From: Candidatus Poribacteria bacterium
GTDB lineage: Bacteria; Poribacteria; WGA-4E; PCPOR2b
Assembly: GCA_965218095.1 (NCBI GenBank)
Contig: OZ244587.1
Location: forward strand, 4,096,001-4,160,000
DNA: 64,000 nt
Direction of reading: 5' to 3'
A model generated the notes under the pieces. That model was given only the letters and a program-made list of their open reading frames with translations. It was not told the DNA's origin and did no database searches. The position numbers and the translations under genes are program-made. This document shows positions 11,047 through 22,218 of this stretch, in pieces (position 1 is the stretch's first letter; the number at the start of each line of letters is the position of its first letter).

Positions 11047-11832
11047 ATGAACATGCTCCCATTTGCCATTAAGACAACAGATCAGGCGACGATGCGCCTG
11101 TGTCGAATTACGCCACCGGAGCAACATCAAGAACTCAATGTTGACGTTCGGTTCCTGCTGCGTTCGTGTGAAATTCGCGACTTGCATGCGCTCAGAGATA
11201 GTACACGCCGAGACCTGACACAGGAAATTCTCAATCAAGTACCAAACGACGCCTACGAGGTGTTCATCAGGTTTTTGCGAGGCGCTGCTGAACCCGATAT
11301 CTTTCTGCCAACGAATCTCTTAAACCGCTATCCACACCGTCAATATTGCCTTCTTTTATCTTCCAGACGTGCACGCGAACTATTTGAGGTTTATAACACA
11401 AATGGTAGACATAGTCGACGCCTTGTCAGCTTTAGCGGATATGATTTCATCGTAGACACAGACGTTCAACTTCTAGACACGGAGGCTTACCTCATCGCGC
11501 CAAACAAGTATACCCTTTTCCTTCGCCAGGTCAATGAGGCGAATGAGATCAAAGTCTACCATAGCGACTTTATTGATCTCGCCAGCAATACACCCCCACC
11601 ACTAGACCTCCACGCCCAAGATGTCATCGATACCGTCCGGAATAACATCGGCGCGGAAATCGAGCGTGAACCACGTTATCGGCAACTGTTCATAGTTCCG
11701 ATGCTCCAGAAGGAGGAGTCGCCGGCGACGGTAACGAAATGCCCGAAATGCAGCGAGCAGGTCCAGCGAATCGGTGGGGAGAGCTACTTCTGTCTTGAGT
11801 GCGCTTGGGATAATTTGCCGGCGTTGAGGTAA
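11047..11832 (+). CDS. Hypothetical protein with C-terminal zinc ribbon
   Basis: 261 aa ORF ending in CPKC..CLEC. Confidence 0.7.
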   Translation: MNMLPFAIKTTDQATMRLCRITPPEQHQELNVDVRFLLRSCEIRDLHALRDSTRRDLTQEILNQVPNDAYEVFIRFLRGAAEPDIFLPTNLLNRYPHRQYCLLLSSRRARELFEVYNTNGRHSRRLVSFSGYDFIVDTDVQLLDTEAYLIAPNKYTLFLRQVNEANEIKVYHSDFIDLASNTPPPLDLHAQDVIDTVRNNIGAEIEREPRYRQLFIVPMLQKEESPATVTKCPKCSEQVQRIGGESYFCLECAWDNLPALR

Positions 11833-11836
11833 GCGC

Positions 11837-12172
11837 CTACGGGTCAGGTAAATCCTGTACACAACGGAATCCAGAATTCGGCGGGTTAGGTTTAGGGCGC
11901 TGCCAATTTCGATTCCCAACACGAATTTGGCGGCGGTTGTTGTTCCAAGCCCCACTGCGTAACACGCGAGCGCCACCTGTCTCTCTGCCAATCAGGTTTA
12001 CTCTGGAACTAATCCAGTAGAAATCTTTCTCATACCAATCGAGGCACCATTCCCACACGCTGCCTGCACAGTCGTACAGACCATATCCATTTGGTGGAAA
12101 GCTGCCCACAGGCAGCGGAGCCAAGTTGCTGGGAATTGGCAATGATGAGCGGATCCGGGTCCCCAGATCCAA
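11837..12172 (-). pseudogene. Formylglycine-generating enzyme (SUMF1) family C-terminal fragment
   Basis: PVGSFPPNGYGLYD.AGSVWEW, RVLRSGAW, GFRCV; N-terminal part missing. Confidence 0.8.
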
Positions 12173-12425
12173 GTTCCTAAAGGCTCGTAGGTAGCAACTC
12201 GAATAACCTCAAGTTGCCACCTATTCCCATTTCGGTCCAATCTCATCGAACGGTTATCAATCTGCCTTCTGCTCATTTTGCGGATTGCTGATTATAAATT
12301 GTACTTTTTTATTGCTTCATCGTCAACATTTTGCTATACTAACGTTTAGTATGCTCCTCCAAATTCATTCAGATTCTCAGCCATATAGTAGCCAACAACT
12401 CTATTTTAGAAAGGGTGAACCGTCT

Positions 12426-12971
12426 GTGACTTTAGCAGAGGTATTCGATTCATGTCAAGAGATTGAACTGAGGCACGCGAAACTATACGCAGCGCTATCT
12501 CTCCGATTGGGGCATGTTGATGAACGAGTCGCTCGGTTTTGGGAGCAGATGAGCACAGAGGAATGGCAGCACTACATCCTTGTCGATTTTGGGCGGTCGC
12601 TGTGCGCCCGGAGTTTTGGGTTAGATACGCCAGCCATGGAAATGCCTGAGGTATCAATTCAGCAGATTATCCATGCCCTGGACGAGTATGAACAGCAAGT
12701 TGATACAGAACAGATTACCCTCAAAGAAGCATTTGGGATTGCTATCGCGATCGAAGGGAGCGAGGCGGATACAATCTATATGTACCTACTTTCGATCATC
12801 AGAAAAGCGATTTATCGTAGTGAAGAAACCTATTTACTGGATCGTATCTCCCAGATCGAAAAGGACATGCACGCTCATATTGATCACTTGATTGATGCGA
12901 CGAGAAAGTTTGCTAAGGATCCAGATCTCGTCCGGAAGGCGCACAGTTTAAAAGAGCACCATGCACACTAA
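12426..12971 (+). CDS. Ferritin/rubrerythrin-like protein
   Basis: IE..HAKLY, EEWQH, AIAIE helical-bundle motifs; GTG after AAAGGGTG. Confidence 0.7.
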   Translation: MTLAEVFDSCQEIELRHAKLYAALSLRLGHVDERVARFWEQMSTEEWQHYILVDFGRSLCARSFGLDTPAMEMPEVSIQQIIHALDEYEQQVDTEQITLKEAFGIAIAIEGSEADTIYMYLLSIIRKAIYRSEETYLLDRISQIEKDMHAHIDHLIDATRKFAKDPDLVRKAHSLKEHHAH

Positions 12972-13405
12972 TTGAGGAAGTCTCAGGGATTCTCAGATCG
13001 AGTTTTCCAAAATAATCAGCAAATTTTCACTTGACGGTAGCACCACATTAAAGTGTGGTGGCCGTCATCCAACCCAAAAGCGAGGATCAATTCACCTTTG
13101 TCGGACAAGTGTCGGACACACAAATGCTGTGATGACAAGGTCTCACCAAGTTCATGTCTGACAGTAGACTGAATCGAATGCCCGCGATGAAGGCGGATGC
13201 CACAACTCCACACTTAAGTGCAGAGCTACCCACTTGACCAGTCAAGGCTTTGTTGAACACGAGGCGTGGTTCATCGAGTTGCTCAGTAAGGAACGTGATG
13301 GAGAGGTCCGACCGTCTGGTCATTTCCGCCGCGGTGCGCCGGGTGAGGCCCCGTACAGTAAGAACGCAGGCTTCTACAACCCATAGGCGACTTGGAAGGG
13401 ACACA

Positions 13406-13759
13406 GTGTGTCTTTACACAGTTGAACTGATTTTGCCCGAAGGCAACAAGCATTCCTTAAAGGTTTGTGCAGACGAGCACATTCTTGAGGTTGCCTACCG
13501 CGAAAACATAGATTTACCTTCTACGTGTCTCATGAGCTGGTGTACCACCTGCGCAGGGCGACTGGTTGGCGAGGAGTGGGTCGACCAATCAGCTTCACGG
13601 CGATACTTCCCTGAAGACGCTGAAGCAGGTTTTGTACTCCTTTGCACCGCAGAGCCTCGCTCGGATCTGTATATTCGCACGCATCAGCGAGAAGCTCTCC
13701 GCGACCACCGAATGGCATGTGGCTTGCCGACACCACGCGGGGGAACTTACTCCCACTAA
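13406..13759 (+). CDS. 2Fe-2S ferredoxin
   Basis: LPSTCLMSWCTTC...LLCTAEPRSD. Confidence 0.8.
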   Translation: MCLYTVELILPEGNKHSLKVCADEHILEVAYRENIDLPSTCLMSWCTTCAGRLVGEEWVDQSASRRYFPEDAEAGFVLLCTAEPRSDLYIRTHQREALRDHRMACGLPTPRGGTYSH

Positions 13760-13928
13760 ATATCTGTTTCATACAATCTATCACAGGCTCGCTCTGTTCA
13801 TTACAGAGTTGAGCCTGTTTTTTTTTCTAACACCCGGCGATGCAAAACGCAATGACGCAGGTTCAGCAGCACATCGAAAAACACCGAAAGGGCAATGCAG
13901 TCCTCCACCTGAAAGGGGCAGATGGTTT

Positions 13929-14954
13929 TTACTTTGCCTTAACCTCGGTCCAAATCCGATCATAGTTGGGGGTGAAATCGCCGAGGTCTATCAGCGATTC
14001 AAATTTGCGTAAGACCTCTTCGGGCGGATAGATTCCTGGGTGATCGCGGAGATTTTCGGAGACGTAATTTCGCGCTTCTGCAACGCATGTCCCATATTTC
14101 GTAAATTCTGTTATTTTCGCGTTAATCTCCGGACGAAGGAGGTAATTAATAAATTGTTCTGCAATCGCTTTGTGGGGAGCAGATTTTGGAATGCAAATTG
14201 TGTCAATGAACTGCGTTGTCCCCTCTTTGGGAATCACATATTTGATGCTGGGTCGGACGGCGGCGGCGCGGAAAGCGTCCCCGCTCCAACAGTGCGCCAT
14301 CACCACATCGCCGGAGCTCAACACCTCATCCGCCTCGCTCTTGTACTGTTTGACCAGCGGTTTGTGCTCAATCAGCTTCTTTTTTGCCACCGTTAATTCT
14401 TCAGGATTTGTCGTGTTGACGGAGTAACCAAGAAGTTTCAGCGCAACGCCGATTGTTTCGCGTTGGTCATCGAGCATACTGAATTTCCGGCCATACTTTT
14501 CATCCCATAAAATTGACCAGCTTTCGGGCGGCGGATTTACCACAGACGAATCGTAGCCGATGCCGGCCGTTCCCCATGTGTAAGGCACGGCATAGCGATT
14601 TTCCGGATCGAAATACTTGCTCTGAAACTGTGGACTGATGTTTTTAAGATTCGGAATGTCGCGCCGATTTAGCTCCGCTAAAAGATTCTCTTTAATCATA
14701 ATTGCAACCATATAGTCGGAGGGCATAATAATATCGTAGCCAGACGCCCCAGATTGCAGTTTGGTTAGTAGGTCCTCATTGCTTGCAAACGTGTCCACGA
14801 CCACACGGACGCCGAATTCCTTCGCGAAGCCTGATTTAATCTCATCGCTGACGTAATTCGCCCATGCAAAGACGTTGAGTTGCTTTTCCTTCTTTTGACC
14901 GCACCCGATCGCGAGCGTGGTCAGAAGTATACCGAGCATTAACTTTTTTAACAT
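13929..14954 (-). CDS. potD: Spermidine/putrescine ABC substrate-binding lipoprotein
   Basis: Lipobox AIGC; SNE, YDIIMPSDY, DPENRYAVPYTWG, WSGD, PKEG. Confidence 0.85.
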   Translation of the reverse strand: MLKKLMLGILLTTLAIGCGQKKEKQLNVFAWANYVSDEIKSGFAKEFGVRVVVDTFASNEDLLTKLQSGASGYDIIMPSDYMVAIMIKENLLAELNRRDIPNLKNISPQFQSKYFDPENRYAVPYTWGTAGIGYDSSVVNPPPESWSILWDEKYGRKFSMLDDQRETIGVALKLLGYSVNTTNPEELTVAKKKLIEHKPLVKQYKSEADEVLSSGDVVMAHCWSGDAFRAAAVRPSIKYVIPKEGTTQFIDTICIPKSAPHKAIAEQFINYLLRPEINAKITEFTKYGTCVAEARNYVSENLRDHPGIYPPEEVLRKFESLIDLGDFTPNYDRIWTEVKAK

Positions 14955-14993
14955 CTGTTTTCCTTTCCATTTCCTGTGACTGAAAGATAAAGA

Positions 14994-15022
14994 TTGACAC
15001 AATATTTCATTTATGCTATGAT
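14994..15022 (+). promoter_or_regulatory. Sigma70 promoter
   Basis: TTGACA-17 bp-TATGAT. Confidence 0.65.
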
Positions 15023-15071
15023 AAAAGCTCCCTTTCCTAAACAGAATCTTGAAATAACATCGGGGAGTGAA

Positions 15072-15425
15072 ATGGAACCACTAAATGTCCTTGTTGTCGA
15101 TGATGAGTTCTTTATCTGTGAGGTTCTTGCAGAGATTTTACAACTCAAAGGTTATAAAACCACGACAACCACTGACACCCATGAAGCCTTAGAACTGTTT
15201 GAAAAAGAGAGGAATATAATCTTGTATTCACTGATTACCGGATGCCGCATCTCAGTGGGGTTGAACTAGCGCACCGCATGAAAGCGCTCAAACCGACAGT
15301 TCCAATTTGCTCTTAATTTCAGGTACGTTTGATGAAATTTCGCCGGAGAATCTGGCAATTTTCGCGACTGTCGTCAGGAAACCGTTTGTCAGTGAAAACC
15401 AATGCGATTGAGCGTGCATTGAAAT
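15072..15425 (+). pseudogene. Single-domain response regulator, frameshifted
   Basis: VLVVDDE in one frame; LVFTDYRMP..SGVEL and RKPF in other frames. Confidence 0.8.
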
Positions 15426-15474
15426 CATCATCAACTTCTGTCTATGATGCGACGACATAAGGGGAGATGTTCTA

Positions 15475-15867
15475 TCAGGTATCCCTCTCTCTGCTTTTTT
15501 CAGTCGGCAAACCTGACGCTTTCCAGCCTCGGAATCCTCCAGTCAATACAGAAGCGTCTTCGTATCCCATAACCCTCAATGTATGTGCAGACAATGAACC
15601 ACGAGTGGCGCCACCGCAATAAGTGACGACTTTCGCGTCCTGATTTGGAACAAGCTCATCAATTTCCAACTCAATGGCTGCGCGGGGAAGCGAAATTGCG
15701 CCGGGAAGGTGTTCGGTTTCGTACAATTCTTTATCACGAACGTCTAAGATCAGGACGGATTCATTGTTTTCGATAGCTGCTTTCAGTTCTTCTGCAGAGG
15801 TATGTCCAATATTTGCTCGGGCTTCGGCGACGAGTTGTTCTAAAGTTTTTCCACGCATAATTTTCAT
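15475..15867 (-). CDS. Rhodanese-like protein
   Basis: LDVR, HLPGA, YCGGATRG, LTGGF.GW. Confidence 0.9.
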   Translation of the reverse strand: MKIMRGKTLEQLVAEARANIGHTSAEELKAAIENNESVLILDVRDKELYETEHLPGAISLPRAAIELEIDELVPNQDAKVVTYCGGATRGSLSAHTLRVMGYEDASVLTGGFRGWKASGLPTEKSRERDT

Positions 15868-16093
15868 CTCCTTTTATTTGGAAGATCGTCCAGAAGAGCG
15901 CCTGAATTTCGGGAGAGTCCTTGAATCTTGCTATGAAATGACGGAATTTTAGCACAATTTCCAAATGTCGTCAAGTGTTGTTGCAGATCGCGTGACACTA
16001 TAATTTTTGTGTATCGTTTATCAGGTGTGCAAAGAAGACTTCTGTGCGCCAGATTTCGCTGCGTGAACCACCATCCAATAGGAGACACACTTT

Positions 16094-16549
16094 ATGATGC
16101 AATCACTTCAACAGTCAGTTCAATCGGTTATCGATGAAGGGCGAATTGGCAGCCCTGTATTTTTGCGCTGCATGGCACACGCGCCAATCGAAGCTGCAAA
16201 CGTGGTCAGTAGCATTGCTGCCCTGGTCGCACTTGCAAATACCTGGATGCCTTCCCCGCCAGAACAGATCTATGCCCTGGACAACGCAGATGCAGTACAA
16301 ATCACTGCAATGGTTTACTACGCCGGGGGACAAACGGCTATTCTTAGCGTCAATCGCATTCCAGACAACCAGGAGACATTCGTCGACCTGAGGTTGGTCG
16401 GAAACAAGGGGGTTATCTACCACGAGACGCCTGTTGGGCAGCATCGCCTGATGAGTTCACCAATCGCATTCAGCGGTGGGGAGAAGCTGATCGATTCGAT
16501 TCGTCAGGGGTTGGAAACCCAAAAGCCAGTCAAAATGATGGAGAGTTAA
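16094..16549 (+). CDS. Hypothetical protein resembling a stand-alone Gfo/Idh/MocA C-terminal domain
   Basis: IDEGRIG.P, LVGNKG; AGGAG RBS; 1 nt from the next gene. Confidence 0.65.
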   Translation: MMQSLQQSVQSVIDEGRIGSPVFLRCMAHAPIEAANVVSSIAALVALANTWMPSPPEQIYALDNADAVQITAMVYYAGGQTAILSVNRIPDNQETFVDLRLVGNKGVIYHETPVGQHRLMSSPIAFSGGEKLIDSIRQGLETQKPVKMMES

Positions 16550-16550
16550 A

Positions 16551-17699
16551 ATGGACGAGGGTAAGTATGGCGTATTGTTGCTCGGTGGGCGGCGAACCCA
16601 TCAGGAAGGCTATGGCCCCTGCTTCGCTGCGGATGCACGTTGTCGGCTCATTGCAGTTTCTGATGAACGTGACGCTCTGCCTGAATACGTTGAGTTGAAT
16701 CGACAGCTCGCCGAAGACTTGCAGATTCCTTACATTCCAGACCTAGACGAGGCGTTGGCACATGATGATGTCCATATCGTCAGCTTGTGCGTCCAGAATG
16801 AGCGACGTGGGCGCGTCGGCGTGCGGTGCGCTGAAGCGGGAAAACACCTCTATCTAGATAAACCGCTAACAATGAGTGTTGAGGACGCGCAAGCAATTGT
16901 GGGCGCGGCTCAGAAAGCCGGCGTTTGCAACCAGATGTTCAGCAACATACACACCCCCTGGGCGCAAGCTGCTAAGAAAGCATTAGACAGTGGTGAGATC
17001 GGCGAGCTCCGTGCCCTCCACTGTGATGTCCTGTTTGCTAAGGGTCACGCTGGCACCGCCCCAGTTGGTCGTAAAAGGGTAGAAAAGCCAATGGTTGAGA
17101 AGTATACCTTCGTCGAGGCGAAACGGGAGATGTTCGATATTGGCGTCTACCCCGTGTCAATGGTGAATTGGCTCACGCAGAAACGGGTCAAAACGGTTTT
17201 TGGTACGACTGCCAACTACTTCTTCAAAGAGCATATCGCATGCGGTATCGAGGACTTCGGTGCGTTGATGATGACGCTGGAGGATGGTATTATCGCAACG
17301 ATTGTGGGGGGACGAACGGGGTGGCTGAGTCACCCCAAAGGTGGAGTTCAACGGCTTCACCTTGTCGGGACTCGTGGCGCGCTGATATTTGATGGCTCGC
17401 AGCCTCGCCTCGAAGTTTTTGCTGACGAAGTGCCTTTCCAACCACCGCCGCCGCACCCACTAGATCCGATGGGAATGTGGACGAGTACTCAAGCCGAAGC
17501 GGATATTCCTCCCAAGCGTCTGTGGGTCTCCGTGGGTGAGGGAAGCGAACACCAGTCGCCAGATATCAAAGCGTTTGTGGATTGTATCGAAGCGGGGCGA
17601 GAGACCGAAATGAACACGGCGTTTGCCGCTCAATCGGTCGCCGTGATCCGTGCGGGATACGAATCCGCAGCAAGCGAGAAAGTTATCGATATTCAATAA
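16551..17699 (+). CDS. Gfo/Idh/MocA oxidoreductase
   Basis: AGKHLYLDKP, SGEIGEL, DIGVY. Confidence 0.9.
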   Translation: MDEGKYGVLLLGGRRTHQEGYGPCFAADARCRLIAVSDERDALPEYVELNRQLAEDLQIPYIPDLDEALAHDDVHIVSLCVQNERRGRVGVRCAEAGKHLYLDKPLTMSVEDAQAIVGAAQKAGVCNQMFSNIHTPWAQAAKKALDSGEIGELRALHCDVLFAKGHAGTAPVGRKRVEKPMVEKYTFVEAKREMFDIGVYPVSMVNWLTQKRVKTVFGTTANYFFKEHIACGIEDFGALMMTLEDGIIATIVGGRTGWLSHPKGGVQRLHLVGTRGALIFDGSQPRLEVFADEVPFQPPPPHPLDPMGMWTSTQAEADIPPKRLWVSVGEGSEHQSPDIKAFVDCIEAGRETEMNTAFAAQSVAVIRAGYESAASEKVIDIQ

Positions 17700-17804
17700 C
17701 TCGGAAATTTAGGAATTGGGTAGTTATACTTCACGCCGCCAGAAATTGCGCTTTTTCGAAGGTCTGGAAATGGGGCGTGAGTAAAGCCAATTCGGATTTG
17801 TAGA

Positions 17805-18144
17805 TTGCCTACAGTACGGAATTGGTCATACCTTTGTCCTCGGGCCTCCGGGGCAAAGTGCGAAGGACATGATAGAATATGCCGGGCGAACCTTAACCCA
17901 CATTCTCGTTTCCGACACGCACAAAGTGGATAGCCTCATAGCACCGCCTGAAGTTAAGGTGCATGAGCACCTCGTTTCCGGCAGTGGAGACATTGACTTC
18001 ACGGCGATTTTTCGGGCGCTGAAGGGTATCGGATATAAGGGATTTCTGAGCGTACACATCATTTCTGAAGTAGACCGAATTGTCGATGCGACGGAAAAAA
18101 CGAAGCGGCGCTTGGAGAAACTTCTGAATATTCCTGAACTTTAA
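17805..18144 (+). pseudogene. Sugar-phosphate isomerase/epimerase (TIM barrel) C-terminal fragment
   Basis: HILVSD, HEHLVSGSGDIDF, IGYKGFLSV; N-terminus absent. Confidence 0.7.
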
Positions 18145-18150
18145 TTCCAA

Positions 18151-18279
18151 TAGGACTTACGCAGTTGATTCTACGGACTCAAGTTATGTCTGCATCGTGT
18201 ATTTTGCATTTTGTTCTGGATTCAGGATTCAAGATGCAGGCACAACGTAGTTTGTTCAATTTGAAGTGCGTAACTCCTA
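18151..18279. mobile_element. MITE with GGACTTACGCA terminal inverted repeats (copy A)
   Basis: TAGGACTTACGCA...TGCGTAACTCCTA. Confidence 0.7.
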
Positions 18280-18307
18280 TCCAATTGATATAAGGAGGTT
18301 CATCACG

Positions 18308-19153
18308 ATGCAAGAGAAGCAATCACTTCGGTTTCTCGTCGTCAAGGCGCATCCACACGATTTCACGCACTGTGCGGGGACTTGCGGCATCCACGCTGCC
18401 CAGGGCGACGCCGTCACCGTCGTCAGCATGACAAATGGCGTGGGTACGCACAACGAGCGGCTCTACGACGAACTGCTCAAACCAGAGGCGGAGCAGGACG
18501 CCAGCATAATCAACCAGACGTCAGAGGAGTACGCACAACTCAAGGAAAAGGAGTTTCGTGAGGTCTGCGCTCTCTTCGGGGTGACGGATGTGCGAATCCT
18601 CGCTTTTCCAGACAAACCCTTCCACAAAACGCCGGAAGCGGTGGAGGCGTTGCGGCAGATCATCTACGACGTTCGTCCCCATGTGTTAATCACGCAGAGG
18701 CCTTATCTTAGTGGGCATCACGGCATGGCCTCCGGGGCTCACAATGACCACGACGAGACCGCATTCGCCATTCTGGAGGCGCAAGGATTAGCGGGGACTC
18801 CGAGCTACGGCAGCCGGCAGCGGCCGCATACGATTGCAGCGACTTACTATCCCGGCGTCTATTTCATGCCGGACGAAATCGACTTCTATGTGGACATCTC
18901 AGAATGGAAGGATCAGCGGGTTCAGGCGGAAATCCTCTTCAGTAGTCAGGGGCACACGGAGGCGTTTGCCCGCAAACGTATCGAGATTAACGCGGGCCAC
19001 ATGGGGTGGGCTGCCGGAAGGGAGTATGCCGAGGGGTTCGTGCGTGCAAGACCAGAAGTGATGCCACGGATCATCGTGCCGGAATCCGCCCTGGAGCGGG
19101 CTTCGGAGCCCCGTCAAAACCACCTGAAGCGTATATCGGGTGAGCTGAAGTAA
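18308..19153 (+). CDS. PIG-L/LmbE family deacetylase
   Basis: AHPHD, HNDH, VDIS..K, SQ, AEGF; TAAGGAGG RBS. Confidence 0.85.
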   Translation: MQEKQSLRFLVVKAHPHDFTHCAGTCGIHAAQGDAVTVVSMTNGVGTHNERLYDELLKPEAEQDASIINQTSEEYAQLKEKEFREVCALFGVTDVRILAFPDKPFHKTPEAVEALRQIIYDVRPHVLITQRPYLSGHHGMASGAHNDHDETAFAILEAQGLAGTPSYGSRQRPHTIAATYYPGVYFMPDEIDFYVDISEWKDQRVQAEILFSSQGHTEAFARKRIEINAGHMGWAAGREYAEGFVRARPEVMPRIIVPESALERASEPRQNHLKRISGELK

Positions 19154-19235
19154 AGATTAGATGAAATGAGAGGAAGGAAGGATGGAAGGGGGAATAGACA
19201 ATCCTTCCATCCTTCCAATATGATACTGATTACTT

Positions 19236-20337
19236 CCAGACAACGTCGGACCAACAGGCAGAATCGGCGAAAACCGCGGAGGGCAGTGGTGGGGCGGACC
19301 GTACGGCTGGAACCACTATCAAGGTTTTAACATCATCTTCCACGGGCTCACTATCGCCACCGAATGCACCCTGCTACTCACCGGTGACTTCGGTTATCTT
19401 GAGCTCCTGCGCTCACAGATCACAGTGCTTTTGGACAATGCAATAACACGCGAAGATGGTCAACTTCTCGTGCCGACGCGCTACGGTCCCAAAGGCTGGC
19501 ACGAACCAGCTCCCACGCCTTTCCAATTCACTGGCCCTCAACCGATGCGAATGCAAGAGTTAGCGCATCTGTATCATGCCTCAATGGACCCGCAGGATTA
19601 CAAGTTGATCGCCAGGGTACGGGTAGGCGAGGTTGAGCGCGATTGGAATCAAGTCCAGAGCGAGGGAGAAAAAAATGGCGGAACTACGGAATTGGCCCGC
19701 TTTCAGTACTATGATGGGAAGAATCCCGATTGGCCCGAAAAATTAAATTACTGCGTGCAGAGTATCAAATGGCATTAGCAACCTTCGAGCAGATACGTCG
19801 CGATACACGCGATGTCGCTGCGTTGCTTGAGGAAAATGCGCACCCATACAATCCCGTTTTCACGAAGGGCTTGACGCAGGTGATGCTCGGCGCGCGCAAT
19901 CTGTTTACAACGGTGGCCTTTTGCGTGCAACTGTGCGCTACTTCAACCAGGATGGCACCCGACCGGGTTTGCCGAAAGACGTTGCTGCCCTCGCCGACAA
20001 GCTGGCGTCTGACCTGGTGGGCATCCAGCCTGTAAACCTGAGTCGAACCGAAACCCGAAACATGATTGTGCAGGCAGGGGCCTTCGGGGAACACCAGTTT
20101 ACCGGGGTGAGGTATTAGGAAGAGAGTCAAGATGGCTTGGCGGAAAGTCCCACCAGATGGCTCAGAGAGGGAAGGTCACGAACGGAAAAAGTGGTTCCCA
20201 TTGACGTGGCGTATTTCGCCATCGAACTCCCGCCCTCAACGGCAATTGGGGTGGAGACCGGCATACGGCGTTTTGCGAATCAGCCCAGCTATGCCTTCCC
20301 CTGGCACGGGAACAAAATACCGGCGCCGTTTCAATAA
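19236..20337 (+). pseudogene. 5'-truncated, multiply frameshifted hypothetical gene
   Basis: Continuous coding signal (PDNVG..QWWGG.YGW through FANQPSYAFPW) spread over several frames. Confidence 0.65.
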
Positions 20338-20340
20338 AAT

Positions 20341-20546
20341 TAGGACTTACGCACTTCGCTTGCGAAAATCGTGTCCTATTTCCTACTGTGTGTGAGTATG
20401 GCTTTGACGCATGACAATTGCAATCCAATGGTGGCGCATCGCTTCGCAGGTTAGGAAACCTGCGCCACGAGGGTGTTTAAGTCCTTTCCTCCGACATGCT
20501 ACAAAGTCAAGTGAGGACGATACTTTATATCAACTGCGTAAGTCCT
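20341..20546. mobile_element. MITE with GGACTTACGCA TIRs (copy B)
   Basis: TAGGACTTACGCA...TGCGTAAGTCCT. Confidence 0.7.
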
Positions 20547-20609
20547 GAATAGTGTTGTTTACTCCTTCAAAACGATCGTGCCGGCACATTTAGATTGGGA
20601 GAGGAAATT

Positions 20610-20773
20610 ATGAATCAATCATCAACTCTGATTGTGAATGCAATTAATAATTTCGATGAATTTCGTGAACATGTCCAAGTGTCAGCTTCACATGAACTGA
20701 TCGAGCTAGTCTCAGAACAATTATACCAATCACCTCTCAAAGCAATAGAGGAACTCGTTGTAAATGCCTACGA
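20610..20773 (+). pseudogene. N-terminal fragment of a GHKL/HATPase ATP-binding protein
   Basis: LYQSPLKAIEELVVNAYD N-box, then joined to IS5 sequence. Confidence 0.7.
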
Positions 20774-21360
20774 TGGCGATAAAATTGTCGGAGTCATATC
20801 CCTTGTCTCCAATCACATACTCGCTTTTATATCCAAGTATCAACGCTTCTGCTTCCGCTATGTCGTTTCTTTGACCGGGCGTCAGATGAATTCTTAGTGG
20901 ATTACCCAGGCCGTCAACGGTGATGTGAATTTTTGTACTGAATCCCCCGCGAGAGCGACCTAACGCTTGGTTTTCAGTGCCACCCTTTTTTTTAAGGCGC
21001 CCGCCGCACACGGGTGAGCGCGGCAGATGGTACTGTCCACAATAAGCGACTCGATATCGGGGTCGGCGGCGAAGTGGGGGTGGATCTGTGTGAAGCCCCC
21101 TTTGTCGCACCACCGAGCAAACCGCTTATAGAGGGTGTTCGATTTACCATAGGTGTCTGGCAGAATCCGCCATTGAGCACCGCTACGGGTCGCCCAGAGA
21201 ACAGCTTCGATAAAGCGGCGTGTTGTCGCTTCGTTGCCAACATAGATGGTGGGACAGCTTAGAAGAAACCGGTATATCTTATTCCATTGTTCATCAGGTA
21301 AGGTTATTGGCGTCATTCTTCTTATGCCACAACCTTATACTCAAATGTCAACAGAACCTA
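20773..21360 (-). mobile_element. IS5 family (IS427-like) element, 3'-truncated, two-ORF transposase
   Basis: RSGAQWR.LP..YG, IVDST..RAH, poly-A slippery site near 20985-20994, LGRSRGGFSTKIH, DKGYDSD; end GGTTCTGTTGACA. Confidence 0.9.
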
Positions 21361-22119
21361 GTGACCAGAAGCCTTCAATCGTGTTAGTATGGGCGCTGCC
21401 GTCCACGAATTGCCTCGCTTGGTGATTGACCACTTCGTGAGGCATGATAGGGTCTATGACCCTATAAGATTGGAATTCATCAGTCATTAAGACACTTCCA
21501 TTTAGATTGACGTTTTCATTGATGAATTCTAGTATGGTTTTCCCGGTGAGGTTGTCGGTCGGGCGAGCGATAACCTTACCCCCCTCTCAACCATTCCAAT
21601 CACGGACGTTTTGTTCGTACCACGTCCACGTTTGGAAGGTTGAGTGGGCTCCCTTCCTTCATTTCTTCTGCGTGGTTTCCCCCCAATGTAGGTTTCATCA
21701 GCTTCGATGATGCCCTGCAGGAGGACATCTTCTTGGCTTGCCATCTCAGCACGGATACGTGTAAGCATATACCATGCCGTCTTTTGATTCATTTCTAGGT
21801 CTCTCGCCAATTGGCAGCTTGATATGCTTTTCTTGGCGTTAATGACAAAGCTGATGCCTAAAATCCACTTCTGTAAGGGTATCTTGGACTTGTGAAACAT
21901 AGTCCCCGATAACACGTTGAAACTAGACTTACAATCATAGCAATTCCACCGTCCAAGATGGCATCGCCAGTGTGCTGCTTGTTCTTTTTCACGCCTGCGA
22001 GCTACGTGATCACTGCCACAATGCGGGCAAGTCGTATGTTCACCCCACCTTGTTATCTCAAGATAGGATATACATGACTCGTGGTCAGGTAACATTTCAA
22101 AGATTTCCATCAAAGTCAT
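21361..22119 (-). mobile_element. IS1595 family transposase, frameshifted and cut by IS5
   Basis: CPHCGS zinc ribbon, EADETYIGG, then MTDE and HTNTIEGFWSL in another frame; ends at the IS5 terminus. Confidence 0.9.
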
Positions 22120-22218
22120 AACGACTATCCTTCCTTTATCATGGTCTGCTAATTTTTGGAAGTAATACACTTCTTACAAGGTGAATAACGCTCTTTTGCC
22201 TCAGTGGGTATGGGTGTT

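Noticed and set aside
10576-11069. ORFs overlapping rnpB
   Set aside because: Shadow frames of the RNA gene
13016-13404. Minus-strand ORFs upstream of the ferredoxin
   Set aside because: No convincing family motif; may be a degraded regulator but unsupported
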